In this document: piece by piece, positions 7,202-16,653 of the stretch | Layout of the letters: every line of letters starts with the position of its first letter | Position numbering within the stretch: the stretch's first letter is position 1 | Origin: Gemmatimonadota bacterium | GTDB lineage: Bacteria > Gemmatimonadota > Gemmatimonadetes > Palauibacterales > Palauibacteraceae | Assembly: GCA_963666735.1 (NCBI GenBank) | Contig: OY762926.1 | Coordinates: 352,001-416,000, forward strand | Direction of reading: 5' to 3' | Length of the DNA: 64,000 nt | Program-made: the position numbers and the translations under genes | Notes under the pieces: model-generated | Told to the model about the DNA's origin: nothing | The model's database searches: none | What the model saw: the letters and a program-made list of their open reading frames with translations, nothing else

Positions 7202-9418
7202 ATGGCGATAAGGCGTCTGGCCGGTCTCATCCCGGCCGTCCTGGCAATGGCTCTTGGAGCCGTCGGTTTGTCCGCGCAGGTTGAGCACGCGGGCGAGATC
7301 GAGGGTGTCGTGCGCGATGTCGATTCCAAAGAGCCTCTCGCCGGCGCCCTGGTCTCCGTCGCGGCGCCGGGTGTGAGGGCGGTCTCGCATGGCGATGGCA
7401 CGTTTCACATTCCGGTGCCGGGTTTGCGCGTGTACACGGTGCGGGTGGAACGCCTGGGCTACCGCACGGTCTCGCTGGAAGTGGATGCGTCGAGGGGCGA
7501 GATCGTGGACGTGGAGATGGAAGCCAATCCCATCTCCCTGCCGGATCTCGTGGTCACCGGGTCGGTTGTGGCGCGCGCGGTCAACGAAGTGTTGCGCCCA
7601 ACCAGCGTATTCGCGGGAGAAGACCTGCAACGCCGCCTGACCGGAACTCTGGCCGAAACGCTGTCCTCCGAGCCCGGCCTCGCGGTGACCAGCATGGGAC
7701 CGGGCTCGGCGCACCCGGTGATCCGGGGCCTGAGCGGAGACCGCATCCTGATGCTCGAGGACGGGGAACGGGTCGGGGACGAGTTTGCGAGCGGCCCGGA
7801 CCACGCGACCGCGCTCGACGCATCGTCGGCGCGCCGCGTCGAGGTCATCCGCGGACCGGGCGCGATCCTCTACGGCAGCAACGCGCTGGGGGGCGTCATC
7901 AACGTCGTCCGCGATGACGTACCCTCATCCGTGCCGCACCATCTTACGGGCGCGTTCACCCTTCAGGGAGAGAGCGTCAGCAACGCAGCCGGCGGAAGCC
8001 TCAATCTCACGGTTGGCCTCACGGACCACATTCCCGTGCGGCTGGAACTCTCGCGTCGCGGGAGCGGCGACCTGAAGACCCCGGTCGGACTCCTGGAGAA
8101 TACGAATACCGATACGCGGGAGATTTCCGGCGGAACCTCGTGGGTGGACGACTGGGGCCATGCCGGCGCGACCTTCCGGTACTACGGCAACGACTACGGC
8201 ATCCCCGGAGGATTCGTCGGAGGTCACGAGGCCGGGGTTCGCGTCGAGATGGAGCGGACCGCGACCAGACTGCGCAGCGTGCTGCGGCCACGAACGGTCT
8301 TCGAGAGCATCGAGATCGACGCGGGACACACCTGGTACGAGCACAGAGAGATCGAGCCTCCCGACATTCCGGGAACGCTCTTCGAGCGCCGGACGGCGAG
8401 CGGCGAGATCCTGGCCCGCCACGGCGGCTGGGGCCCCTTCTCCTCGGGAGCGGTGGGGACGCGGGGTTCCCGGGAAGACCTCGGATTCGGGGGCGCGCTC
8501 TTCACTCCGAACTCCACGCACACGTCCTTTGCCGTATTCGCGCTGGAAGAGGTCGACCTGAATCCGATACGCCTGGAAGCGGGCCTTCGCTACGACTGGG
8601 CACAGGTGCGGCCCGACCGCGAGGACCCCTCGTCCGATATCGGCCACATCCGGGCGAGGTCGTTTCGCGCGGCGTCGGGCTCCCTGGGGGCCTTGGCACA
8701 GCTGACGCGGAACTTCACGGTGGGCGCTACCATCGCCCGGGCCTTCCGCACCCCCAGCGTCAACGAGCTGTTCTCGGAGGGTCCCCATCTGGCAGCCTAT
8801 GCCTTCGAGGTGGGGAACCCGTCGCTCGATATGGAACGCGGGACCGGCCTCGACCTGTTCGTCCGGATCACCGGCGACCGGCTGAACGCCGAGGTGACGT
8901 GGTTCCGCAACGCCATTACCGACTACGTCTTCCCACTCGAAACCGGAGAGCTGAGCCGCGTGCGGCTGCCGATCTTCCAGTTCCAGGGCGAAGACGCGGT
9001 GCTCACCGGATTCGAGAGCGCGCTCGAGTGGGCGGCGGTCGGCGATCTGACCTTGGAGGCGGTGGCTTCGTACGTTCAGGGCCGGATCAGGGCAACCGAC
9101 GAGCCGCTGCCCCTGATCCCGCCGCTGCAGGGGCGTTTCGCCGTCGGCTACGCGCCTCGCGACTGGTTCGTCGAAGCCGAAACTCGAGTTGCGGCTCGTC
9201 AGGATCGGACGGGGGCCTTCGAAGGCCCGACCGATGGGTATGCCGTTTTCGATCTCTCCGCCGGCATGCGGATCACGGTCATGGGGCGGCTGAACGTGAT
9301 CACGGTGCGGGGAGAGAACCTTGGCAATGCGGTATACAGAAACCACCTGTCGCGCGTGAAGGAGATCATGCCCCAGGCGGGGCGATCCATCAGCGTGGCA
9401 TATCGCGTCGTTTTCTAG
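7202..9418 (+). CDS. TonB-dependent receptor, ZnuD-like metal uptake type
   Basis: Signal peptide, carboxypeptidase-regulatory-like domain, plug motif VEVIRGPGAILYGSNALGGVINV, GPDHA, GPHLA, YRNHLS, terminal Phe. Confidence 0.9.
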   Translation: MAIRRLAGLIPAVLAMALGAVGLSAQVEHAGEIEGVVRDVDSKEPLAGALVSVAAPGVRAVSHGDGTFHIPVPGLRVYTVRVERLGYRTVSLEVDASRGEIVDVEMEANPISLPDLVVTGSVVARAVNEVLRPTSVFAGEDLQRRLTGTLAETLSSEPGLAVTSMGPGSAHPVIRGLSGDRILMLEDGERVGDEFASGPDHATALDASSARRVEVIRGPGAILYGSNALGGVINVVRDDVPSSVPHHLTGAFTLQGESVSNAAGGSLNLTVGLTDHIPVRLELSRRGSGDLKTPVGLLENTNTDTREISGGTSWVDDWGHAGATFRYYGNDYGIPGGFVGGHEAGVRVEMERTATRLRSVLRPRTVFESIEIDAGHTWYEHREIEPPDIPGTLFERRTASGEILARHGGWGPFSSGAVGTRGSREDLGFGGALFTPNSTHTSFAVFALEEVDLNPIRLEAGLRYDWAQVRPDREDPSSDIGHIRARSFRAASGSLGALAQLTRNFTVGATIARAFRTPSVNELFSEGPHLAAYAFEVGNPSLDMERGTGLDLFVRITGDRLNAEVTWFRNAITDYVFPLETGELSRVRLPIFQFQGEDAVLTGFESALEWAAVGDLTLEAVASYVQGRIRATDEPLPLIPPLQGRFAVGYAPRDWFVEAETRVAARQDRTGAFEGPTDGYAVFDLSAGMRITVMGRLNVITVRGENLGNAVYRNHLSRVKEIMPQAGRSISVAYRVVF

Positions 9419-9446
9419 AACACACAACACAACGAGGTGAGGAGCA

Positions 9447-9944
9447 ATGAGACACTTCCAGCCGAAACTCCCACTTGCCCTGCTGACCGCGGGACTCCTG
9501 GTGCTTTCCGCCTGCGGCGACAGCGCCACGGAACCGGACGATCACGATGATGACGACGATCACGCCGGAGAGGTCGAGGGCCTGACGTTGACCCTGAGCG
9601 GCCAGACCGTTGCGGCCTACGATGGAGACGATGGAGCCTGGACCGGAGAACTGGAGGTCGAGCCCGGCGAGGAAACGGCCCACATCTCCGTGCAGTTCGT
9701 GGACCACAACGGGCAGGCGGTGGCGCTCGACGACAACTACTACCTGGAAGTGGAGGTCGAGGATGAATCCGTCGCCGAATTCGAGCAGGACACGCCCGGT
9801 GAGTTCGGGGGACACCTGCACGGAGGGATGGAGGGAGATACCGAGATCACCTTCAGCCTGATGCACGGCGCGGTCGGATCGGGACACGCGGATTTCGTGA
9901 CTGCACCGTTGCACGTGCATGTGCACGAGCACGACGACGGCTAG
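9447..9944 (+). CDS. His/Asp-rich putative metal-binding lipoprotein
   Basis: SD GAGGAG; lipobox LSAC; DDHDDDDDH, GHLHG, MHG..GHADF and HVHVHEH segments. Confidence 0.8.
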   Translation: MRHFQPKLPLALLTAGLLVLSACGDSATEPDDHDDDDDHAGEVEGLTLTLSGQTVAAYDGDDGAWTGELEVEPGEETAHISVQFVDHNGQAVALDDNYYLEVEVEDESVAEFEQDTPGEFGGHLHGGMEGDTEITFSLMHGAVGSGHADFVTAPLHVHVHEHDDG

Positions 9945-9970
9945 CGTCTCAGCCCGTCTCATGAGTCCCG

Positions 9971-10006
9971 CAAGCCCTCCCCGGAGCGATTTCCGGGGAG
10001 GGTTTG
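9971..10006 (+). terminator. Intrinsic terminator-like hairpin
   Basis: CAAGCCCTCCCCGGA / TCCGGGGAGGGTTTG 15-bp stem after the lipoprotein gene. Confidence 0.7.
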
Positions 10007-10140
10007 TCCGTTGTCGCGAGCAAGGTTTACGCGCGGTCCCCGTCGCTTGACCGCCGGATTGGGCGAGGCTCATGTTCAGCGCCCGTGTGCCGCCGCCCGT
10101 CCGCGGCCGCGTCGACTGTCTACCGTGAACCGAGGTCTCG

Positions 10141-12156
10141 ATGAGAACAGCACGCGCCACAGCCCCCGCGCCGCCGTCCGTGTTCCGCCGTTTTCCACTC
10201 CTGCTCGTGCTCGGCTTCGCCGTTGCGGGCTGCGCGGAAGGCGGCGAGAGCGTAGCCGACCATGCCGACTGGAAGCACATCGCCGGCAACGACATGGGGC
10301 AGCGCTACTCGTCCCTCGACCAGATCGATCCGGAGAACTTCGAGAGCATCGAGGTGGCCTGGGTCTGGGAGGGATCCGACTACCCGGCCGTGAACGCCCG
10401 CGCCACGCCGATCTACGTGGACGGGATGCTGATCTCGGTGGCGGGCGAGAAGCGGCACACCTACGCGATCGACGCGGGCACGGGGGAGAGGGTCTGGGAG
10501 TACGTCGAGCCCGAGACCTTCCGCTGGGAGTACTCGATGCGGAAGAACCACGGGAAGGGCGTCGCGTACGGCGAGATCGACGGTCGCGCGGTCGTCTACA
10601 TGGCGAGTCCCGCCTTCTTCCTGCACGCGCTGTGGGCCGACACGGGCGAACACGTGGAGGGCTTCGGCGGTCCCGTCGGCGTCCCGGGCTTCCCGGAGTC
10701 GGGGGTCGTCGACCTGCTCGCGGGGCTCGGGCACGAGTTCGACCCGTACCACGGCATTCCGCTCGAGACCGGCTACATCACGAGTTCGTCCCCTCCGATC
10801 GTCGTAAACGGCGTGATCGTGATCGGGAACTCCGCCGAGCAGGGCTACAACCAGTCGCGGCGCGAGAACGTGCCGGGCGACATCCTCGGCTACGACGCGC
10901 GCACGGGCGACTTCATGTGGAAGTTCAACGTCCTCCCGGGACCCGGCGAGTTCGGCCACGAGACGTGGGAGAACGACGCCTGGGAGTGGACGGGCGACAT
11001 CTCGTCGTGGGCGCCGCTCTCCGCGGACGAGGAGCGGGGCATCGTCTACATCCCGACCAACGGGGCCACGATGGACTTTTGGGGCGGTTTCCGGCCGGGA
11101 GACAACCTGTTCTCGACGAGCCTGATCGCGCTCGATGTGCAGACGGGAGAGCGGGTTTGGCACTATCAGCTCGTGCACCACGACATATGGAACTACGACA
11201 CGCCGCAGATCCCCGTGCTGATGGACGTGACGGTGGATGGCGAGGATGTGCCGGCGGTCGTGCAGGTCACGAAGCAGGCCTTCGCGTACGCCTTCAACCG
11301 GGAGACGGGCGAGCCGATCTGGCCGATCGAGGAGCGGCCGGTGCCGGAGGGGCTCATGCCGGGCGAGGCGCTTTCGCCGACGCAGCCGTTCCCGACCAGG
11401 CCGGCGCCGTACGACATGCAGGGGCTGACGCACGACGACCTGATCGACTTCACGCCGGAGTTGCGGGAAGCCGCGATCGAAGCCCTCGACGACTACGTGA
11501 TCGGCCCGCTGTTCACGCCCCCGCTTCACCGGGACAACGACCTCGGCAAGGTGGCGTCGATGTGGTGTCCGGGAGATGTGGGAGGGACGAACATCGACGG
11601 GACGCCGGCGGCGGACCCGGAGACGGGGATCCTGTACGTGACGTCGCAGAAGGGGTGCGGGTCGCGGATCATGGTGCCGGGGGAGGAGCGCGACGCGCGG
11701 GAGCCGGCGCAGACGGGGACGACGATCACGAAGTTCGCGGTCGGGGGGTTCGCGGGCGTCCGGCGGGTGCAGGGTCTTCCGCTCTTCAAGCCGCCGTACA
11801 GCCGGATCACGGCGATCGACATGAACACGGGCGAGCACCTGTGGTGGATTCCGGTGGGCGACACGCCGAACAGCGTGCTCGAGCACGACGCGCTCCAGGG
11901 CATGGACGTCCCGAACACGGGCACGGGGCGGCAGGCGGCGCAGATCGTCACGAGCACCCTGCTCATGTACACGGGGGAGGGGAGCGACGGGACCTCCTAC
12001 CTGTTCGCCGTGGACAAGGCGACGGGCGAACGGCTGGGGCAGGTCGAGCTTCCGGCGCAGCCGCGGTACGGGATGATGACGTACATGCACGAAGGCAGGC
12101 AGCATGTGGTGATCCAGGCTCCCAACACGCTGATGGCGCTGCGTCTCGCCGACTGA
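10141..12156 (+). CDS. PQQ-dependent dehydrogenase (quinoprotein glucose DH-like), lipoprotein
   Basis: RYSSLDQID, WHYQLVHHDIWNYD and KPPYSRITAIDMNTGEHLW motifs; VAGC lipobox. Confidence 0.9.
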   Translation: MRTARATAPAPPSVFRRFPLLLVLGFAVAGCAEGGESVADHADWKHIAGNDMGQRYSSLDQIDPENFESIEVAWVWEGSDYPAVNARATPIYVDGMLISVAGEKRHTYAIDAGTGERVWEYVEPETFRWEYSMRKNHGKGVAYGEIDGRAVVYMASPAFFLHALWADTGEHVEGFGGPVGVPGFPESGVVDLLAGLGHEFDPYHGIPLETGYITSSSPPIVVNGVIVIGNSAEQGYNQSRRENVPGDILGYDARTGDFMWKFNVLPGPGEFGHETWENDAWEWTGDISSWAPLSADEERGIVYIPTNGATMDFWGGFRPGDNLFSTSLIALDVQTGERVWHYQLVHHDIWNYDTPQIPVLMDVTVDGEDVPAVVQVTKQAFAYAFNRETGEPIWPIEERPVPEGLMPGEALSPTQPFPTRPAPYDMQGLTHDDLIDFTPELREAAIEALDDYVIGPLFTPPLHRDNDLGKVASMWCPGDVGGTNIDGTPAADPETGILYVTSQKGCGSRIMVPGEERDAREPAQTGTTITKFAVGGFAGVRRVQGLPLFKPPYSRITAIDMNTGEHLWWIPVGDTPNSVLEHDALQGMDVPNTGTGRQAAQIVTSTLLMYTGEGSDGTSYLFAVDKATGERLGQVELPAQPRYGMMTYMHEGRQHVVIQAPNTLMALRLAD

Positions 12157-12214
12157 TCGCGGGCCTCCGGCGGCCCGGGTTGGCGCCCATGGCGGCGCCT
12201 CGCGACATTTTGGC

Positions 12215-13984
12215 ATGAGTTATCGCTTCTTCGCGGGAGTCCGGCCTTCCAGGGTCTGGCTTGCCGCCGCCCTGCTCGTCGTGCCGGCTTCGCGGCTGTG
12301 GATCGCAGCGCCCGCCGCGGCCCAGGCGATCAGCGGCACCGTGCGCGAGACCGGCGGCGGCCGACCCATCGCGGGCGGCTTCATCAGCCTGCTGAACAGC
12401 GAGGGCGAGGGCCTGGAGGCCGACTTCACGGCGGCCGACGGGCTCTTCTCGCTCAGGGCCCCCGGCCCGGGCCGGTACCGGATACGGGTGGAGCGTATCG
12501 GGTACGCCAACTGGGTCACGGAGCCCTACGAGGTGACGGCCGGGCAGTCGCTCACGATCACGGTGGAGGTCCCGCCGGAACCCGTCCGGCTCGGCGACCT
12601 GCGCGTCGAAGTCAGCGGATCCTGCCTGGACGATCCGAGCGAAGGGGCCGCCCTCGCCACGGTGTGGGAGGAGGCGCGCAAGGCGCTCGAGACCGCGGTG
12701 TGGGCCGAGGGCCGCGGTGAACTCACGTTTACCCTCCGGGAGTACCAGCGTACGCTCGATCCGCGCCATCTCACGACCCTGGAGGTAGAGAGCCGCACGC
12801 GGCGGCACGTTCGACTGCCCCCGTTCCGCAGCCTGCCGGCCCGCCAGCTCACGACATCGGGCTACGCACTCGTGGACGCGGACTCGGCCATGTTCTACGC
12901 GCCGGACGCGACGGTGCTGCTGTCGTCGGAGTTCCGGGACACCCAGTGCTTCGGCCTGGAGCGCGCCGAGGTCGACGACGAACCGATGCTCGGCATCACG
13001 TTCCGCCCGCGGCGAGGGCGCGACGTGATCGACATCGAGGGCACGCTCTGGCTCGCCGAGGAGAGCGCGGAACTGCGCCGCGTGCAGATCCGGTACCGCA
13101 ACGTCCCGCTGCCCAGAAACGCGCAGCGTCGGCACATTGGCGCGGATCTTACGTTCGACCGCCTGCCGGACGGCCCGTTCTATGTCCGCGACTGGTGGGT
13201 GCGGTTCCCGATCGGGAGCCGGTCCTCACGCTTCAGGGCGGGTCTGTCCGGCCGTCGGGATCCGGTACTCGTGGCGTACCGCCAGGCGGGCGGCACGGTG
13301 ACGGACGCCTTTGCGGGCGGCGTGTCCTTCGAGGTGGGCGAGGGTGCGGTCACGGGCGTTCTGCGAGACAGCGCGGGCGGCGAGCCGCTCGCGGGCGCGG
13401 AAATTGTCGTCCGCGACTGGGACGACGCGGCGGCCTTGCTGCCCCGGCCTCGGGCCGCGGATGTCCCCTTCAGCGCGGTCACGGACGAGGCGGGGGGGTT
13501 CCAGGTGGCGGGACTGCCCGATGGCGTCTACGCGCTGGGCGTGGACCACCCGAAGCTTCAGGCTGCGGGAGTGCGGGTCAACGAGACCCGCGTGGTCGTC
13601 GAGGATCGGACGAGCGAGCCGCTGGAGCTGTGGACGCCGTCCGCCGACGCCCTCTTCGCGCGCGTCTGCCCCCGGTCGTCGCCCTACGGGAGCAGGGGCG
13701 CCGTGGTCGGGTTCGCGCGCGATGCCGGCACGGGGCTACCGCTGCCGGACATCGAGGTCGAGGCCGTGTGGCGGGTGCAGCGGCTTCAGGGCACGGTGCG
13801 AAACGCCGTCACGTCCGAACGGTCGGAGTACGCCGCCGGCGCGTCCGACGAGCGCGGCCGGTTCACGATCTGCGGCGTCCCGCTCGGCGAGCCGGTCCTG
13901 CTGCGGCCGCGGGGCGTCGACGAGGCCGTGGAGCTCGAGCTGATCACGCGCATCGCGTGGCGCGACGTGTTCGTCGAGCCGTAA
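12215..13984 (+). CDS. Exported protein with carboxypeptidase-regulatory-like domains
   Basis: Signal peptide; repeated ISGTVRE..G.PIAG / VTGVLRDS..G.PLAGA / GRFTICGVP modules. Confidence 0.75.
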   Translation: MSYRFFAGVRPSRVWLAAALLVVPASRLWIAAPAAAQAISGTVRETGGGRPIAGGFISLLNSEGEGLEADFTAADGLFSLRAPGPGRYRIRVERIGYANWVTEPYEVTAGQSLTITVEVPPEPVRLGDLRVEVSGSCLDDPSEGAALATVWEEARKALETAVWAEGRGELTFTLREYQRTLDPRHLTTLEVESRTRRHVRLPPFRSLPARQLTTSGYALVDADSAMFYAPDATVLLSSEFRDTQCFGLERAEVDDEPMLGITFRPRRGRDVIDIEGTLWLAEESAELRRVQIRYRNVPLPRNAQRRHIGADLTFDRLPDGPFYVRDWWVRFPIGSRSSRFRAGLSGRRDPVLVAYRQAGGTVTDAFAGGVSFEVGEGAVTGVLRDSAGGEPLAGAEIVVRDWDDAAALLPRPRAADVPFSAVTDEAGGFQVAGLPDGVYALGVDHPKLQAAGVRVNETRVVVEDRTSEPLELWTPSADALFARVCPRSSPYGSRGAVVGFARDAGTGLPLPDIEVEAVWRVQRLQGTVRNAVTSERSEYAAGASDERGRFTICGVPLGEPVLLRPRGVDEAVELELITRIAWRDVFVEP

Positions 13985-14020
13985 CGGTCCGCCGCTCCTG
14001 TCCGGCCGCCCCTCCGGCGG

Positions 14021-15337
14021 TCAGTCGGTCGACGGGCGGCGCGACTTCAGGTAGTCGAGGAGCAGGTTCGACATCGCGCGCATCCCGATCGAAATCGAGG
14101 CGTCGTCGGCGCGGAAGTCCGGCGTGTGGTGGCCCCCGGAGCCCAGTTCGGGATTCACGGAACCCAGCCGGTAGAAGAAGCCGGGCACCTCGTTCGCGAA
14201 GTAGGCGAAGTCCTCTCCGCCCATCGTGGGTTCGATGACGAGGAGGTTTTCGTCGCCCACGATCTTCGCCAGCGTCGGGGCCATCTGCGCGGTCAGTGCG
14301 CGGTCGTTGATCGTCGCCGGCGTGCCGCGGTCGTAGTCGAGGACGTAGCTGCCGCCGCCGGCCCGCGTGATCCCGTCGAGAATCTCGTCCATGCGCCGTT
14401 CGACGGCGTCGCGCACGTCGGGGTTGTAGGTCCGGACCGTGCCCTCGAGCCACATCTCCTGAGGGATGATGTTGAAGCGCTCGCCGCCCCGCATGACGCC
14501 GACCGTGATCACGCTGGGCTCGAGCGGAGAAAGGTTGCGCGACCGGATGGTCTGGAAGGCGGTCACCGCCTGCGAGGCCATTACGACGGGATCGATGCTC
14601 GTATGAGGCTGGGCACCGTGCGCCTGCCGGCCGATGATCCGGATCTTGAAGTGGTCGACCGCCGCCAGCGCGGGCCCCGGCGTATAGCCGAGCGTCCCGA
14701 CGTCCATCGAAGAGAAGGTGTGGAGTCCGAAAATGGCGGAGGGGACGACGCCGTCCAGCGCGCCTTCACGGACCATGAGTTCGGCGCCGCCTTCCTCGCC
14801 CGGGGGTGGTCCTTCTTCGGCTGGCTGGAAGATGAACTTGATCGTGCCGGGGATCCGGTCGCGCATCGAGGCGAGGACCGAGGCCACGCCGAGCTGCACG
14901 GCGGTATGCACGTCGTGGCCGCACGCGTGCATCACGCCGACTTCCTGGCCGCCGTACTCGGTGCGGACGGTGGAGGCGAAGGAATATCCGGTGTTCTCGG
15001 TCACGGGGAGCGCGTCCATGTCCGCCCGAACCGCGACCACGTCACCGGGCAGGCCCCCCTTCAGGATCCCGATGACTCCGGTGTGCGCGACCCCTTCGAT
15101 GACTTCGTCGAAGCCCAGTTCACGCAGATGGGCCGCGACCATGGCCGCGGTCTCGAACTCGCGGTTGCCGAGTTCGGGGAACTGGTGGATCCGGTGGCGC
15201 ATCTCGACGATCCGGTCGAGCACGCCGTCGACCGCCGCGTCCACGGCGGGATCCTGACCCGCCAGCGGAGTCGCGAGCGTTCCGGCAAGCGTTCCGGCGA
15301 GGAGCGCGAGGGCAAACGGAGTTCGGGGAGTACGCAT
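14021..15337 (-). CDS. M20D family amidohydrolase, exported
   Basis: HQFPELGNRE, RADMDALP, MHACGHD, FQPAEEG and GGEDF motifs; signal peptide from ATG 15337. Confidence 0.9.
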   Translation of the reverse strand: MRTPRTPFALALLAGTLAGTLATPLAGQDPAVDAAVDGVLDRIVEMRHRIHQFPELGNREFETAAMVAAHLRELGFDEVIEGVAHTGVIGILKGGLPGDVVAVRADMDALPVTENTGYSFASTVRTEYGGQEVGVMHACGHDVHTAVQLGVASVLASMRDRIPGTIKFIFQPAEEGPPPGEEGGAELMVREGALDGVVPSAIFGLHTFSSMDVGTLGYTPGPALAAVDHFKIRIIGRQAHGAQPHTSIDPVVMASQAVTAFQTIRSRNLSPLEPSVITVGVMRGGERFNIIPQEMWLEGTVRTYNPDVRDAVERRMDEILDGITRAGGGSYVLDYDRGTPATINDRALTAQMAPTLAKIVGDENLLVIEPTMGGEDFAYFANEVPGFFYRLGSVNPELGSGGHHTPDFRADDASISIGMRAMSNLLLDYLKSRRPSTD

Positions 15338-15506
15338 GCTTCTTCCTGGTCGCGGATTCACACGAAGGACCGTTGCGGCGACGGTCTCGACTGGGGCAGG
15401 GAAGGTGGGCCGGCGGGGCCCGCGCGGGCAACGGTGAGAGACCGGCGGCGAAGGCCGGCGACTGCGGCTGGCGGCGGCGGGCGGTGGAGGCGAGACTTCG
15501 ACTCGT

Positions 15507-15535
15507 TGCGTCCTTTCGCCGTCTCGTTCGTCTAA
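15507..15535 (+). promoter_or_regulatory. Candidate ECF sigma promoter TGCGTC-N16-CGTC
   Basis: ECF-like -35/-10 spacing upstream of an operon encoding an ECF sigma; lies inside an imperfect inverted repeat 15502-15570. Confidence 0.4.
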
Positions 15536-15593
15536 CGGGATGAGAAGACGAAGTAGAGGACGACAACGAGCCACGAAACCGGAGAATCGAACC

Positions 15594-16055
15594 ATGCGAC
15601 TGCAACTCGCCCTCAACGTCAGGGATATCGACGAGGCGGTGGACTACTACGCGAAGTTCTTCGGCGCGACCCCGCACAAGCGCCGTCCCGGCTACGCCAA
15701 CTTCGCGATCGACGAGCCGCCCCTGAAACTCGTCCTGTTCGAGAACCCGGACGCGTCGGAGCGCATCAACCACCTGGGTGTGGAGGTGTTCGACGATGCA
15801 TCGGTGCGGAGCGCCGGGGCGAGGCTGGAGGCGGCGGACATCCTGACGGCGGTGGAGGAAGAGACGGTGTGCTGTCACGCGGCCCAGACGAAGGTGTGGT
15901 CTCACGAGCCGCAGGGTCTCCGCTGGGAGTGGTACGTGGTCACGGACGACGCTCCGGGCGAAGGGGCCCCGGGTGAGGAAGCGCCGGCCGCCTCGTGCCT
16001 GCCCGGCACCGGGTGCGAGGCCGACGCCGAAACCGAGGCCTGCTGTGCCGGTTGA
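15594..16055 (+). CDS. ArsI/CadI family heavy-metal(loid) VOC metalloenzyme
   Basis: RLQLALNV, RPGYANFAI..PPLKLVL, NHLGVEV, CCHAAQTKVW..P.G..WEWY; Cys-rich tail ending ACCAG. Confidence 0.85.
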   Translation: MRLQLALNVRDIDEAVDYYAKFFGATPHKRRPGYANFAIDEPPLKLVLFENPDASERINHLGVEVFDDASVRSAGARLEAADILTAVEEETVCCHAAQTKVWSHEPQGLRWEWYVVTDDAPGEGAPGEEAPAASCLPGTGCEADAETEACCAG

Positions 16056-16653
16056 GTCGGGTGCCGCACACGCCGTGCCCGCGTGGTCCGACTTTCAAAG
16101 TCGCCTGGGGCGCTACGTTGCCGGGCGCGTGGATCCTGCCTGGGCGGACGATGTCACGGGCGACATCCTCGTTCGGCTGCTCGAGCGCCAGGGCGACCTC
16201 GCGCGAGCGCGGGATCCGCTCGCCTGGGCCTATCGGGTCGCCACGAACGTCATCACCGATCACTACCGGCGCCGGGCCGCCGAATCGCGAACACTGACCC
16301 GGGTGGGACAGGAGGCCGGCGGACGTGAGCGGACCCCGGACTCGGAGGACCACGAAGCCGTGCGGCGGGACCTGGAAGCGTGTCTGCTTCCGTTCGCCCG
16401 CGAGCTGCCGCCGAAGTACTCGGAGGCGTTGATCCTCACCACCTTTGGCGGACTCACGCAGGTGGAAGCCGCACGCCGACTCGGACTCGGCACGTCGGGG
16501 ATGAAGTCGCGGGTGCAGCGGGCGCGCGCGCTGCTGAAGCGGCGGCTGCTGGAGTGCTGCGATTTCGAGATGGACCGTCGTGGGGGCGTGATCGACATGC
16601 GACCCCGGCGGGCGCGCTCCACGGACGCCCCGCAACCTGCAGCGCGTGCGTGA
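16045..16653 (+). CDS. ECF sigma factor, SigZ-like
   Basis: Region 2 (AWAYRVATNVITDHYR), region 4 (LTQVEAARRLG..SGMKSRVQRAR), C-terminal LLECCDFEMDRRG; start uncertain (16045 or 16075). Confidence 0.8.
   Translation: MPVESGAAHAVPAWSDFQSRLGRYVAGRVDPAWADDVTGDILVRLLERQGDLARARDPLAWAYRVATNVITDHYRRRAAESRTLTRVGQEAGGRERTPDSEDHEAVRRDLEACLLPFARELPPKYSEALILTTFGGLTQVEAARRLGLGTSGMKSRVQRARALLKRRLLECCDFEMDRRGGVIDMRPRRARSTDAPQPAARA

Noticed and set aside
10011..12218. Long alternative ORFs (735 aa + and 698 aa -) over the PQQ dehydrogenase
   Set aside because: Arg/Gly/Pro-rich, motif-less shadow frames caused by high GC
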